Below are positions 25,780 through 36,860 of a stretch of DNA of 64,000 nt, piece after piece. The notes under the pieces were generated by a model. The model searched no databases. It was given only the letters and a program-made list of their open reading frames with translations, and was not told where the DNA came from. The DNA is from Dipteris shenzhenensis (lineage: Eukaryota). Position 1 is the stretch's first letter; each line of letters opens with the position of its first letter. The stretch lies in the NCBI GenBank assembly GCA_047967505.1, contig CM106538.1. One strand, 5' to 3'. A program made the translations under genes and the position numbers.

Positions 25780-27354
25780 TTCCCCTCAGTCTGAAGTTAC
25801 CATGCAATGGTTGGATCTCCCCCTGGAAAAGAGTGAACTACCTCAGCCATTCTATGTGAAAGGAATCTTACGTCGTGTCAGATGCCTTGAGATCTGTTGT
25901 GCCTCCGATCTCGTCATGTGGCCCAAAGCCTAGTCCTGCATGAGGTGGGATGTCAGCTCTCTGCACTCATGATCAAACCATGGGTTTTGTGGCATCTTCT
26001 CGGTGGGGGGGTGTGCTGTAGAGTGGGTCGTGGGAAAGGATCTAATGGCTACATCCTGAACCAGTGAAACAAGTGTGTCGGAAGAGTGAGTGAGGTCTGC
26101 ATCATCTCTGAAGTGAGTCGCTAGCTCGTGTTACAGGTGGCTCATGTATACTGCATCAAGAGCATGGTCAAAGTGTACTCGGATCTGGGGGGGTGCCAAG
26201 GGATCATGCCCTATGTTTGGTAGTGCGGTCATGATACTGAAGGACAAGTATGAGTGGTCTGCACTGAGTGGGAGGGGGTGAACTGTGAGGTCATGTACCC
26301 TCTTCACAAAAGCTGTAGAGCCCAACAATTTGTCCACTGTGCTACTGCCACCTCCATATGGGGAGCAGGTAAGTCCCCTGGATAACGGCCATCTGTGGAA
26401 GCCATTATATATAATCAGGTCGTGGATGGTTCCCATCTCAAGTAAGTGTCTCCCATACCCTGTCACATGTGGTGCATCATCTGAGAGCCTCGTTATTCTG
26501 AAATCTGGTGGGTCCATCTCTCGGACTTTGAGAGAATCCATCTCAAATTCTAGCAAGCCCACCTGCCTATCAACTATATATGCATTGAATTCGCCTAAGA
26601 GTAGGACACCCCGTCTAGAGAACTCCATGATGTCATCATAAATGTGTTTCCATCAATATCTACCTTTGCTGCCCCCAAGCATCTTCTGTAAGTTTTCAAT
26701 ATCACCGTCATGCATTTTGGAGATGTCCCTCATGGGATCAATGCATGTTTTGACATGCTCCCCACTTATTTTCTGTGCGCTTGCCCAAATGGTACTTTTC
26801 TCCCTTTGTTTTTCTGTCAGGTGAACGATCCATACTGGACATTTAGCCCTGCGTTTCCCCCTCTTGAATATTGTGCTAGAATAGACTCTGTGATAGTAGT
26901 ATAGTCTGAATTTTCAAACTTCTGAAGATCTGAAAATCTGAATACTCACCTCAGGTTCTTTCGCCGCTCTTTCAGGATTCAAAATTTGAAATTTCAAATT
27001 TGAATATGCTGAGCTTGTGTGAAGTCTGCATACCCATGTCACTTCTCCTGTTGTTCCTTCAGATTTGGCTAGTCTTTCACAGCTCCAATGATGATATTGC
27101 AGGTCTTTCTTGATTCAGGAGGCTGGGTGTCTTGTGGGCTTGCTGCGCAGCCCAAGTTGGAGGGAAGCTCCAATGTGTGTTGGAGGCCCGTTGCGCAATA
27201 GCATCAGCCCCTAAAGGGGGGCCTGGGCAGTCGACAGCAGCAGCCCTTATGGGGGCCTGGTACAGCAGGCAGTCAGAGCAGCAGCAGCCCTTAGGGGGGG
27301 CTTGGTACAGGCCTGGCCATATGGCAGCCTGTCGGAAGCAGCAATAGCCCTTAT

Positions 27355-27385
<31 letters not shown>

Positions 27386-27588
27386 TGTATGCATGTGTGT
27401 TTAACCGTGAAAGGGTGCCTCGTCTCCCATCTGAAAGCATCATTTTTACTGGGCAATAGAGTGCTCATTTAAACTTGAGATTACTATTTTGAGGCTGGTC
27501 TTCACTCATGAATCAGAGTTTAATTCCTTTCTGTAGTAAACTCGAGCATAATACCTTTTTGTGATACTGTTATTTTCTTTCCCACCAG

Positions 27589-27908
27589 GTGCTCTCCATG
27601 AAGCTCGTGGCCAGGTAAAGGAAGCTGCTGTTGCTTATAACAATGCAATTGCAGTTGACCCAGACCATGTTCCAAGCAAGGTTTCAATAGGAGCATTACA
27701 TCGACGAAGTGGTGGAAATTTCTTACCTGTTGCTAGAAGTTTCTTGACTGATGCGCTTCATCTGGAGCCAACAAATCATACTGCTTGGTACAACCTAGGG
27801 ATGGTACACAAGATTGGAGGGAAGGCTTCTGATGCTGCAGATTGTTTTCAAGCGGCTTTCATGCTGGAACAGTCAACTCCTGTGGAAAGCTTTAGCTCAC
27901 TTTCATAG
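27589..27908 (+). CDS. NPG1-like: Terminal coding exon of NPG1/NPGR-family TPR protein
   Basis: TTTCCCACCAG acceptor; (G)ALHEARGQVKEAAVAYNNAIAVDPDHVPS...LPVARSFLTDALHLEPTNHTAWYNLG...AADCFQAAFMLEQSTPVESF, the characteristic C-terminus of the family; stop TAG. Confidence 0.9.
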
Positions 27909-28589
27909 TGTACCTGCACTTGCCCATGTTAAGAAATGGTGCAGTAGGCCTTTGTTAGAACAACATAGGCTTCCCTGTGCCTCATTATTTTTTGCATCAA
28001 TGTAATTACTTGAGTTGACGCACATTGGAATTTTTTAGGATGGTTGGCTATATATCATCCCCTTTTCAAATATGCTATGACAAGATGTTTGGTTCTTGTC
28101 CAAAATATTGAGTTTATGGCACTGTCATTTTTCTTTTGTAACTCCTGATCTATGGGCGTGGGATAGAAGCGAGTCCAGTATCTGAACCACATATTGGGTG
28201 AGAAATAAAATTCTAGTCCTTTTGTTGTGGGTAAGGTGAACATGTTAATGCTTATTCAAAAGTCCGGTCCTTTTGTTGTTGATTTATTGTTCACTGTAGA
28301 ACATAATAGCAGACTGTGTTCCAGCACGTTGTCACATGCATTGTAGTCGTCGGTATATGGGCCCTTTGGAGGCATGAGTGTCCATTATGTGATCTCCAGC
28401 TGCCACATAGGACATATACAAATGTGGGTTGTATTTCTCCGAAATTGACTACCAAGAGATACCCTTGTTCAAGTTCCAGGGAACCAGGATAGAGCTGTAA
28501 ACTAAATTATGTGAAGTAATGTCGGTTGATGAGGCCAACCAGCTTGTTTGGTCTGCCAATTTGTTGTTCAACAAGCCCAGATGGCTTAG

Positions 28590-29824
28590 ATGCTAAAAAC
28601 AAACTCCAAACACTTCAAAACCAACCCTGGTATAAAATTTCAGCAACTAGAAGACCTGGTAGGGTGATTGTAATTTTTTTTAGGAACCCCTGGGTCAAAT
28701 CACAGCAGATTCTGGACCTCTTGATGAATTCGCAGCAGGGTCTTGGCCTCCGGGAACATTGGGGGATGCTGGAAACCCTTATCGCAGCAGCTTGACAACC
28801 TTCTGGGGCTGGAATGCAAATCCCAACAGGTTCTCTCTGTGGACAGCTCACACATACAAATTGGAGAGGAATCTCATGCTGAAATCAATCGCACCACAGA
28901 GGGAGGGCGTGGAGGAACAGAAAGAATGATTTATATCAAGAGAAGGCGACTAGGAGAGAGAGATCAAGACAATACACAACACTAGGGCCTAGAAGTAAGG
29001 GATGGACTGCCCCAAAGGTCTTTATTGCAATAGAAATAAACTTTGTACAAGTGGCTTTGTGAAGAGCGTGAAGTTGAGTATAACTCTTGAATGAATCTAG
29101 GAGCTTTGAGGCCCTTCTTTTATAGACTTGGCCTAGCTGTAGGCTAGACTCGCTTTTCTAAAGATAAAACCCGCTTTTCGCCACTTGTTCCATCATGTTT
29201 GAGCCTTTTAGTACCCTTCCAAGTCCTACACACATTAAAGGTTAGCAAAATGCATGCATTAGTAATTCTTGGACAAATCCTAGTCGCTTGTGAGTGTCCC
29301 CACAGTTCTCTTTTACCAATGCAAAGCAAAAGTAAAACAATAAAACTTATTCTTAGCTAACCAAAGTTAACATTCTTTGATCGAAGTCAATTTGAATAAA
29401 AAGTGCAAAACTTGAGGATATTTTGTAAACAAGTCCTCATCTACCCACTCGCCATCAAGTGTCGAATAGTTCTTAAACTTGACAAATGGGTGACCTTGCC
29501 TTTGGGTCCTTTCTTTTCTGCGTGATAGACAATTTGTTGTTGTTGGAGGATCTCCTTTATCTCTTCCACCTCTAGTGTCTCTTCTTAAATTGGATTTGTG
29601 GGCTTTGGTCCTTGGTAGTTCTTGAGAAGGCTCACATGAAAAGCATTGTGAATCTTCTAGGTCTCGGGTAACTCAAGGCGTTTTGCGACTTCATTTTTAG
29701 GCTCAATGACTCGGAAGGGCCCATAATATCTAGGAGAGAACTTAGGGTATACTTTTCTTTTCCCTTCATCTTCCAAAGACGTGCTCTTCCAAACTTAAGT
29801 AATGCCCAGTCTCCTTGGTCATTC

Positions 29825-29856
<32 letters not shown>

Positions 29857-30618
29857 CTTATCTACAACCTTCTTTCGCTTTTGTTGAGATCTTTTAATTG
29901 TTGCCTGAACTTGAGAAAAAGCCTATGCCCAAGCCTCGAACACACCAATTAGTTGCAAATATTTGGTCTTTGTTAGGAGGATAGGTGGTAGAATCATCTT
30001 TTCATAAATAACTTCAAATGGGGATTTTCTTGTTGAGCTGTGAATAGTGTTATTGTACGCAAACCACAAGAGGAAGATACATTTTCCATTCAGCTTTTTG
30101 TTTGGACACATAGCACTTTATAAGATCTAATACCGTAGAATTGGCATTTTCACTTTGTCCAAAAGTGGTTTGGAAAGCTGTCTTATGAACATCGTGGGAT
30201 GGATCCTTATTTCAAATCACTGCGGCTGAAGATCATGGCCCCTTTTAGTTTGTCCAATATATTGTCTATGCGAGGGATTGGAAACCTATTCTTGACTGTC
30301 ATTTTGTTGAGGGCGATAGGAGCCATCCTTCTTTTGAATGAGGAGCACAGGTGAGAAAAAAGTAGAGGAACTGGATCGGATGAGTCCCTTAGAAAGTAGA
30401 TTTTGTACTGTGCCACGATTTCTTCAATCTGTGTTGCCCTTGCTCGATAAGGTGACTGATTCGGAGGCTCACTTGTTGGAATGAGCTCTATGATATGATC
30501 TTACGGTCACTTAGGAGGAAGCTCTCCTGAAAGAGAATCTAAGAAACAATCCTAGAAAGAATCAAGAAACTAAATTTTTTATTTTTCAACAGGATTCACT
30601 TCCACTTGGAGGTTCACC

Positions 30619-30650
<32 letters not shown>

Positions 30651-32130
30651 GAAACAAAGTACACGGAAATAGCTGATTTTATTGATTTAGCAATAGAAAT
30701 ACTAGATATAATTGGGATTGTCATGCCTCTTCCTTTGGGCAAAAGCTTGTGCTCCTTGTTCCTGTGCATGAAATGTAAAGTTCTTGCCTTGATGTCAAGA
30801 TTTACTTCCTTTCTGTGGAACTACGGCATACTGAAAATGACATCATGTTGGGTGAAACATAGAACTCCTCGTGATCCACATAGTCCCGGATATGAATTCT
30901 GAGCTTTCCAATCAATGGAGTTACTTTAAGTCGATTTCCTTCAAAAACACGTTTTGCATCTAGAGCTGGTCCCAACTCTTCAGTCTTGATTCCTAGCCTC
31001 AAAGCTAGGTCTTTTTATGCGAAATTGTATGTAGCTCCTGGATCAAATAAGATCACATAATTCTGGTTTCTTATTTAACCCCATGAGAGGAAAAGTTCTC
31101 GAGCTTCTAGATTAAAGCTCTTCCCAACATATCTGAGACTCCTCCATGGTGAAAACTTCAACTTTACTTTATGAGGCTTCAATGGACCCCTTGGCTTCTG
31201 AAACTAGAGCTGCCTTCATCATTGAACTGTCATGGTCATGTTTCTTTTGAAGGTGTCTCCATCTTTGTCTTTTGAGGCAGCCATTGTCTGTAGCAAATCT
31301 TTCTTCATTTCTTCAACCACTAGGGCTGAGTGCATCAGATCTCACAGCTTTGTCTTGCTTTCAATGCTCACATTGGAACAAATACTGGTACTTCTGCATC
31401 TTTGACTTTTTTGAAATTTCCTTGAAGGGAGTATGTTGGAGGTATGCTGAAAGGAACTTCTAATTGTAAATCTTGAACGTATTTGTGGTTGTCATGGATA
31501 CACTCTCCTAGGTTGTATGAACATCTTCATAAATTTTTTTTGGCAAGAATTGCTCGAAAAACCGCTTCTTAAAACTTTTCCACTTCTTGGTTGCTTCATC
31601 CACCACTAGAAGAGCTCCCCATCGTGATTTCTCATGATAGTGTCCTGTCCGGAAAGCAATTTCAAACTATCGGATGGAGTCCAAAGCTTTCTCACTTGCC
31701 CTATACTTTTCGTTAAAAGTAGCGAATTTGACGGACTTGCCTACTTTGAAGTCCTTTCGTCTTATTCTAGTCTTTCTACTTTTATGCCCATGAGAAGAAT
31801 GCTCTCAGGATGTAGAGGAGTAGGAAGAAGAAGAACAAGAAGAAGAAGAAGAAGAAGAAGGGTGGTTGGAGCTGGGAGATATCCGTCGGTGCTTTTTGCT
31901 TGGTCTTCCATGAGGCTTTGGAGTCCTTCCTCTTTTCTTTGAATTTGAATATCTTTGAGCTGAACAGGAACTTTGGAATGCGTTCTAGAGGCATGATGTT
32001 GCCTAGGAGATTCTTTAGAAACTGAGGGAGATTTATGACCAATTTTTTCTCTGTGGGAAGAAGGAACGTGCTAAGGCATCATCTCCTTGAACAATTGCTC
32101 AAATCGAGGTATCTTTCTCAGAGACTAGAA
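28590..32130 (-). mobile_element. Degenerate Ty3/Gypsy chromovirus-like element with large internal deletion
   Basis: On -: gag WKSFKKRFFEQFLP (~31540-31585); protease ILFDPGATYNF (~31020-31055); [18 protein letters not shown] (~30250-30310) jumping directly into integrase GQSENAN (~30160); YYGPF and IHNAFHVSLLK (~29625-29730); chromodomain-like FVKFKNYSTLDGEWVDE (~29440-29490); LTR-like region below ~29380. Confidence 0.82.
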
Positions 32131-32470
32131 CTCTTGGATTAATTGTTCCAGGAGGCGAAGACCCCGCTGCTACGAATTAATCAAGAGGCTTAGAATCTGC
32201 AACGATTTGTCCAGTGGTTCCAGATTTGATTGGGATCAACCTACTAGGGCTTCTAGTTGTTGCTGTAATCTCACACCAAAGGTTGTCTTTGCAGTGCCTG
32301 GAGTTTTTTTTTAGTAGTATCAGAGCACGATCTTGCCACTTTACTTGGTTGCAACGATCCAAATAATTCTCTATTTGAACCAAGATAGTAGTGATTTCAA
32401 AGGATTCTCAAATGGATGCAATACAAAATTACAGTATATGGTAACTCGAGCTTAATTGTGATGAGCTCAA
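32130..32470 (+). repeat. Single dispersed copy of the satellite-B unit, with PBS-like TAGTATCAGAGC at 32315-32326
   Basis: Similar to the units at 56935-60230; opposite orientation to the copy at 28590-28850. Confidence 0.75.
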
Positions 32471-32539
32471 GCTAGGCCAGGACCTTGCTTGCAAACTAAT
32501 CAAGTGGTTGAATCATACAATCAAAAGCCACTCACACCT

Positions 32540-33168
32540 CCCCATCCGATAAGTACTTGTTTGAATAACACACCTAGGACCGTGTTTTTTTATGGTAGTG
32601 CATGACACTAAGGCAAAAAACGGTGTTTTATGCTTGATCGACAATGCAAAGCATATCCGATGGACACAATACTTTGCACACACCTTCCAATAGAGGGAAT
32701 TGACTTACATGCAAAGTGGCATTCCCATCGCATAAGTACTTGATCGGATAACACACCTAGCAGCGTGTTTTTTTACGGATGTGCATGACACTAAGGCAAA
32801 AATTGGTATTTAATGCTCAATCGACCATCCAAAGCATATCCGATGGGCGCAATACTTTTCCCACACCTTAACATAGGTGTTATTAAAATGTTCTCAAAGA
32901 GGTACACCCATCTGATAAATACTTGGTCAGATAACATACCTAAGGGCGTGTTTTTTTTGCGGATGTACATATCACTATCGGAAAAACGTTGTATAATGCG
33001 TGATCGACCATGCAAAGCATATCGGATGGTGACAATACTTTGCATGCACCTCAACCTAGTTAAAATGGGCTTGCGTGCAAAGTGGAGCCCCCATCTGAGA
33101 AGTACTTGTTTGAATAACACACCTAGGACCATGTTTTTTTTTGGTTGTGCATGACACTAAGGCAAAAA
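32540..33168. repeat. Satellite A, left block
   Basis: Same ~182-bp monomer / ~546-bp unit as 45337-50808; continues in register across the MULE insertion. Confidence 0.92.
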
Positions 33169-33222
33169 GAGGTAGTCAATAGAGCGAGCGAGAAAAAGCG
33201 AGCGGGCCCAATGAAGCGAGCG
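33169..33222 (+). repeat. MULE left TIR
   Basis: GAGGTAGTCAATAGAGCGAGCGAGAAAAAGCGAGCGGGCCCAATGAAGCGAGCG; 41/54 identical to the reverse complement of 45283-45336. Confidence 0.9.
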
Positions 33223-33888
33223 ATTTTTTTACAATTCCTCCGATGAGAACAAATTTGAAACCAAACTTACTATAGCAAGATGTTGTCATAATAAGCATAC
33301 CAATAATCAGACTTACAATCCACCCTATCTTTCACTTGAAGAACATAAACTAATTACCAAACTCATAACATAGATGACTGTTGAAATACCACTTCACCTT
33401 CAAAATGCACTAGACCAAAACTTTCCAAATGTGTCCATGGTTCACCTCAACAATTATCAGTCTATGAACAAAATGGTGTTTTAAACCATTTTCTAATCCC
33501 CCTGACATTCATCATCAAGAAAGTAGTTGCGCGCATGTGGTTTATCTAATTGGCACTCATCATATCTCTTGTCAGCGGTCATGAATCTTGCCATTTTTTC
33601 TGCATAGCATGGTAACAAACTACAACAAAACATACATTTCAAAGGAAAGTAAGTCAAAGTGGAACAATGAAAATAATTTCCAATAAGAAGAACTTGCCAT
33701 CCTTATGCGTTATACAAAAGACAATTTGGTACCAACAAAAAGCAGAAAAAATCAATTGCTAGATCAAGGCCTTACAAACACTATCCAAAGCATCAAATTT
33801 TGTACTTTTTTGATTCAAAGGCACCCGTAAATATTTACTATCTACCATATTATAAAGATGCTAAATAACACTTTCAAAGTCCTCAATT

Positions 33889-35202
33889 TTAGCATTCAAA
33901 ATATTTAACAAAAAAACTCAGGGCCAGTAGCATACTACTCATCAAAGGGGTTTGTGACAGGTTCCACTCTCTCTTCTTCCCCTCTTCATCATGCTCTGAC
34001 CTGATCCGTTTTCCAGAATGATCTGCCACAAGTGGCTCAACAATGCTAGCCACAATACCGTTGTCTGAATCAAATGAAAAACAAGGCCTGCCAATGGCCT
34101 GACAAGCACGCATAAGAGGGGCTGTATCACAACCCATCTCTAGAACCAGCCCTCCAGGAACACAGAGAAGAGACATAATGCAACCTACAAAAAAACTACT
34201 CCTCTCTAGTCCACCTCGTGCTAGCTGAGAAGACATCGGCACAATTGTCCTTGCAGAGGGAGGTATGTGATGAGTCCAGACATCTTCACAGGGATCAATC
34301 AAAAGCTGTTGGAAAAGTGGAAAGCTCTCCTCCCAAAAAACTGTTGGATTCTTCTTTGCTCTACGTATTAGAGCTAATACTGAAGATTGCATCTGGAAAC
34401 CACATGGAGAAAAACATGTATAGTATACTGACTTCAACTAGCAAGCATTATAGCATGAAAGATGGCAAACATAGCATGCATAGGACTTATCCTTCCAAAC
34501 ATAGCATGCATAGGACTAATGAGGAGACAGTTGTCAAAGACACATTCATCATGGAATGCAAACATAGAATGCATGGAATGGTAGCTTACCTTAACACTTT
34601 TATCATGTTCTCTACAAAATCCATGTGGAAACTTGTCATGAATGATCACACGTCTGACAACCTCCAAGCCCTGGACATATGCAAACCGTTCCATCCAACC
34701 AATACATTGTCCTGCAAGCAATTAATTTTATTTAAAACTAGTAGAATGGAAACACAAAATGTGAAATGTCAATTGTGGTATTGTGCCTTACCTGCCAAAG
34801 GACATATGCATGCCAACCAACCACTATCAGACAAAGAAGCTGATGCAACTGCAAGCCCATGCCGCACATGGTCCTCGAGCAAGACATTCCAAGTAGGAGT
34901 GGATCCTCTCTCATCAAGTGGATAGCCAGATGGAAAATCAAGCAATATAAAATCTGAAGCCCACTTCACCTTCTTACCCATCCTCTTGTAGTCCTGATCT
35001 CGACTAGCCACTGTAATAAAAAACTCATGCAAAATAGCATACTTATCATTTCTTTTAGAGTCAGCAAAGTCTTTGCCCATTGCAATGTAATCTCCAACTG
35101 TATAAGCAAACAAAGGTGTGATGCCAGGGGCCAAGGAAATGTCAGGTGACTGTGATCGATGGAACACGTATTGCTTCACAAGTCTCGAGATTGATTCTCC
35201 AC
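33889..35202 (-). CDS. Spliced beta-class amino-(N4-cytosine/N6-adenine) DNA methyltransferase-like gene; exons 35202-34792, 34711-34590, 34392-~33889; 5' exon(s) unresolved; possibly degenerate
   Basis: GT-AG introns 34791-34712 (phase 1) and 34589-34393 (phase 0) join three ORF pieces in frame. Motif order: SDFILLDFPSG (motif IV, DPPY-like), SLSDSGWLACIC, EDVW, then ERSSFFVGCIMSLLCVPGGLVLEMGCDTAPLMRACQAIGRPCFSFDSD (motifs X-I-II). Confidence 0.72.
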
Positions 35203-36191
35203 CTATATGCAAAAGCAAATCAATTACAAGTAAAACTTGAGAAAATCAAACATCGCTAAGACAAGACACAACTTCTCTCTTGTCTCTACCTCACTAGCTT
35301 AGATCCGATTTGCGTTAAGCATGGAGAGTGCCAAAGAATGCACAACCGCAACCACTTCTATGGCCAGCATAGTCCTTGTCTAGGCTTGTAGCACCGGGAG
35401 GAATTTATACCAAGGATGAGAGCAAGCAGCTGAGAAGGCACAAGCACGTAGGTCGCATATGCAAGAGAATTCGACACTCTGATTTGACAATGCACAGCCA
35501 GCATGCTCATGAGATAAGATAGCGCAAGAAATGCTAGAGAGCAGTAAATAGCTTTCAAGAAATATAAACTGCGCAAAATGAACACGCTGGAGAGCCTCCC
35601 AATAAGAGCAACATAAAGACGACCAAAGCAAACCTCTATAATTGTGTAACAAGACACAGCAAGCTAGAGGAGAGGACGCCAAACTTGATGAAGGGTAGAG
35701 GAGAACCAGCTACTGAGCGATCGAGGCTGAGCTTTTGAGTAAAGATTCGTGCAAGGAATGAAGACGTCAGATTCTTCAATTTCTTCAATATCAATCTGTC
35801 TCCAGATTCGTCTCGGCTCTTCTTCCCCTCCTTTGCGACAACCCTGGATCTGCAACAAGTTGAGCAAGATCCAGTTTTGGATCTGCCATGCCCTCCGTGA
35901 TGCCCATGGATCAAAAACTAGAAGGGGCAGAGGGACACGTGGTGGAAAGAGAGGAGAAGAAGAGAAGAAAAATTATGAATCTTAAAGAGGAGAAGAAGAG
36001 GAGAAGAAGAGAAGAAGAAGAAGAAGAAAAGAGAAAAGAAGAGAAGAGAGAAGAGAAGAAGAGAAGGGGGCAATACAGATCTGCCGAGCCATCCTGCCCT
36101 CGCTTCGAGCTTCGAGGGCGACCTCTCGGATGCTTTATGAGCAAGGAAACTAACCAAGCTCGAGGATAAGCAAACGCAAAATCCTCATGCC

Positions 36192-36860
36192 TTGTGCATC
36201 TTCATGTTCTTCTTCTTAGTCGGCCCCTTCCACATGAATAATATCATCTTATGCTGCGTGCCCACACAGCAAGACGCTCGCACTTTGCTTCAATTCAAGA
36301 ACTCCATTTTCGATCCCTCCCACAGCCTCTCAACCTGGCTCATCAATCACACCTCCTCCTCCTGCTCCTCAACTCGCAACTCTTCATGCCCACCTTGGTT
36401 TGGCCTCGTTTGCCACCCTCAAAATCACCGTGTCACCGGTCTCTCCCTCTCCCACCTTGCCCTTCAAGGCATCATCCCTCCCTCGCTTGCCCAACTCCCA
36501 TTCCTTCGCACTCTCAATCTGTCTATGAACGGTTTCACTGGTATCATTCCACCTCAACTCGCCAATTGCAGCGCTTTACAAACGCTCGATCTCTCTCAAA
36601 ACAATCTCACAGGACGGGTCCCTAGCGAGTTGAGACTCTTGGGCAAGATGGAGCTGCTTGATCTTTCGGCAAATCTATTGGTAGGGAACATTCCGCCGAC
36701 CTTGTCAAACTGCTCTGCTCTACTTCAGTTTGATCTCCACTTAAATCAGCTCTCTGGCATCATACCGCCTGAGCTTGGCTTGCTGAATGCACTGGAGAGG
36801 CTTTACCTTTCGGCAAACGCACTGACAGGGGCCATCCCGCCGACCTTGTCAAACGTGCTG
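36192..36860 (+). pseudogene. Fragment of a plant LRR receptor-like kinase/protein (LRRNT + several LRRs) inside the MULE
   Basis: QQDARTLLQFK..DP...LSTW...C..WFGLVC...RVTGLSL then LxxLxxLDLSxNxLxGxIP repeats; truncated at ~36855; no transmembrane or kinase region follows. Confidence 0.85.

Larger units (their letters stand above)
16933..26640 (-). mobile_element. LINE-C (APE-RT), near full length, decayed, split by Copia-2
   Basis: APE 26131..26628 (LLLGEFNA, SADH); RT 18558..19490 (FVDFQKAFD, GVKRGCPLSP, LLYADD); CKLC...EEHSLYVCP motif 17599..17952; the two halves join across the Copia-2 TSD; 3' end abuts (TC)n at 16890-16932. Confidence 0.88.

Noticed and set aside
34218-34925. 235-aa + strand ORF
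   Set aside because: No recognisable motifs; it is antisense to the spliced MTase-like gene and runs through its introns.
35888-36169. K/E/R-rich ORF
   Set aside because: Translation of a GAA-rich simple repeat.
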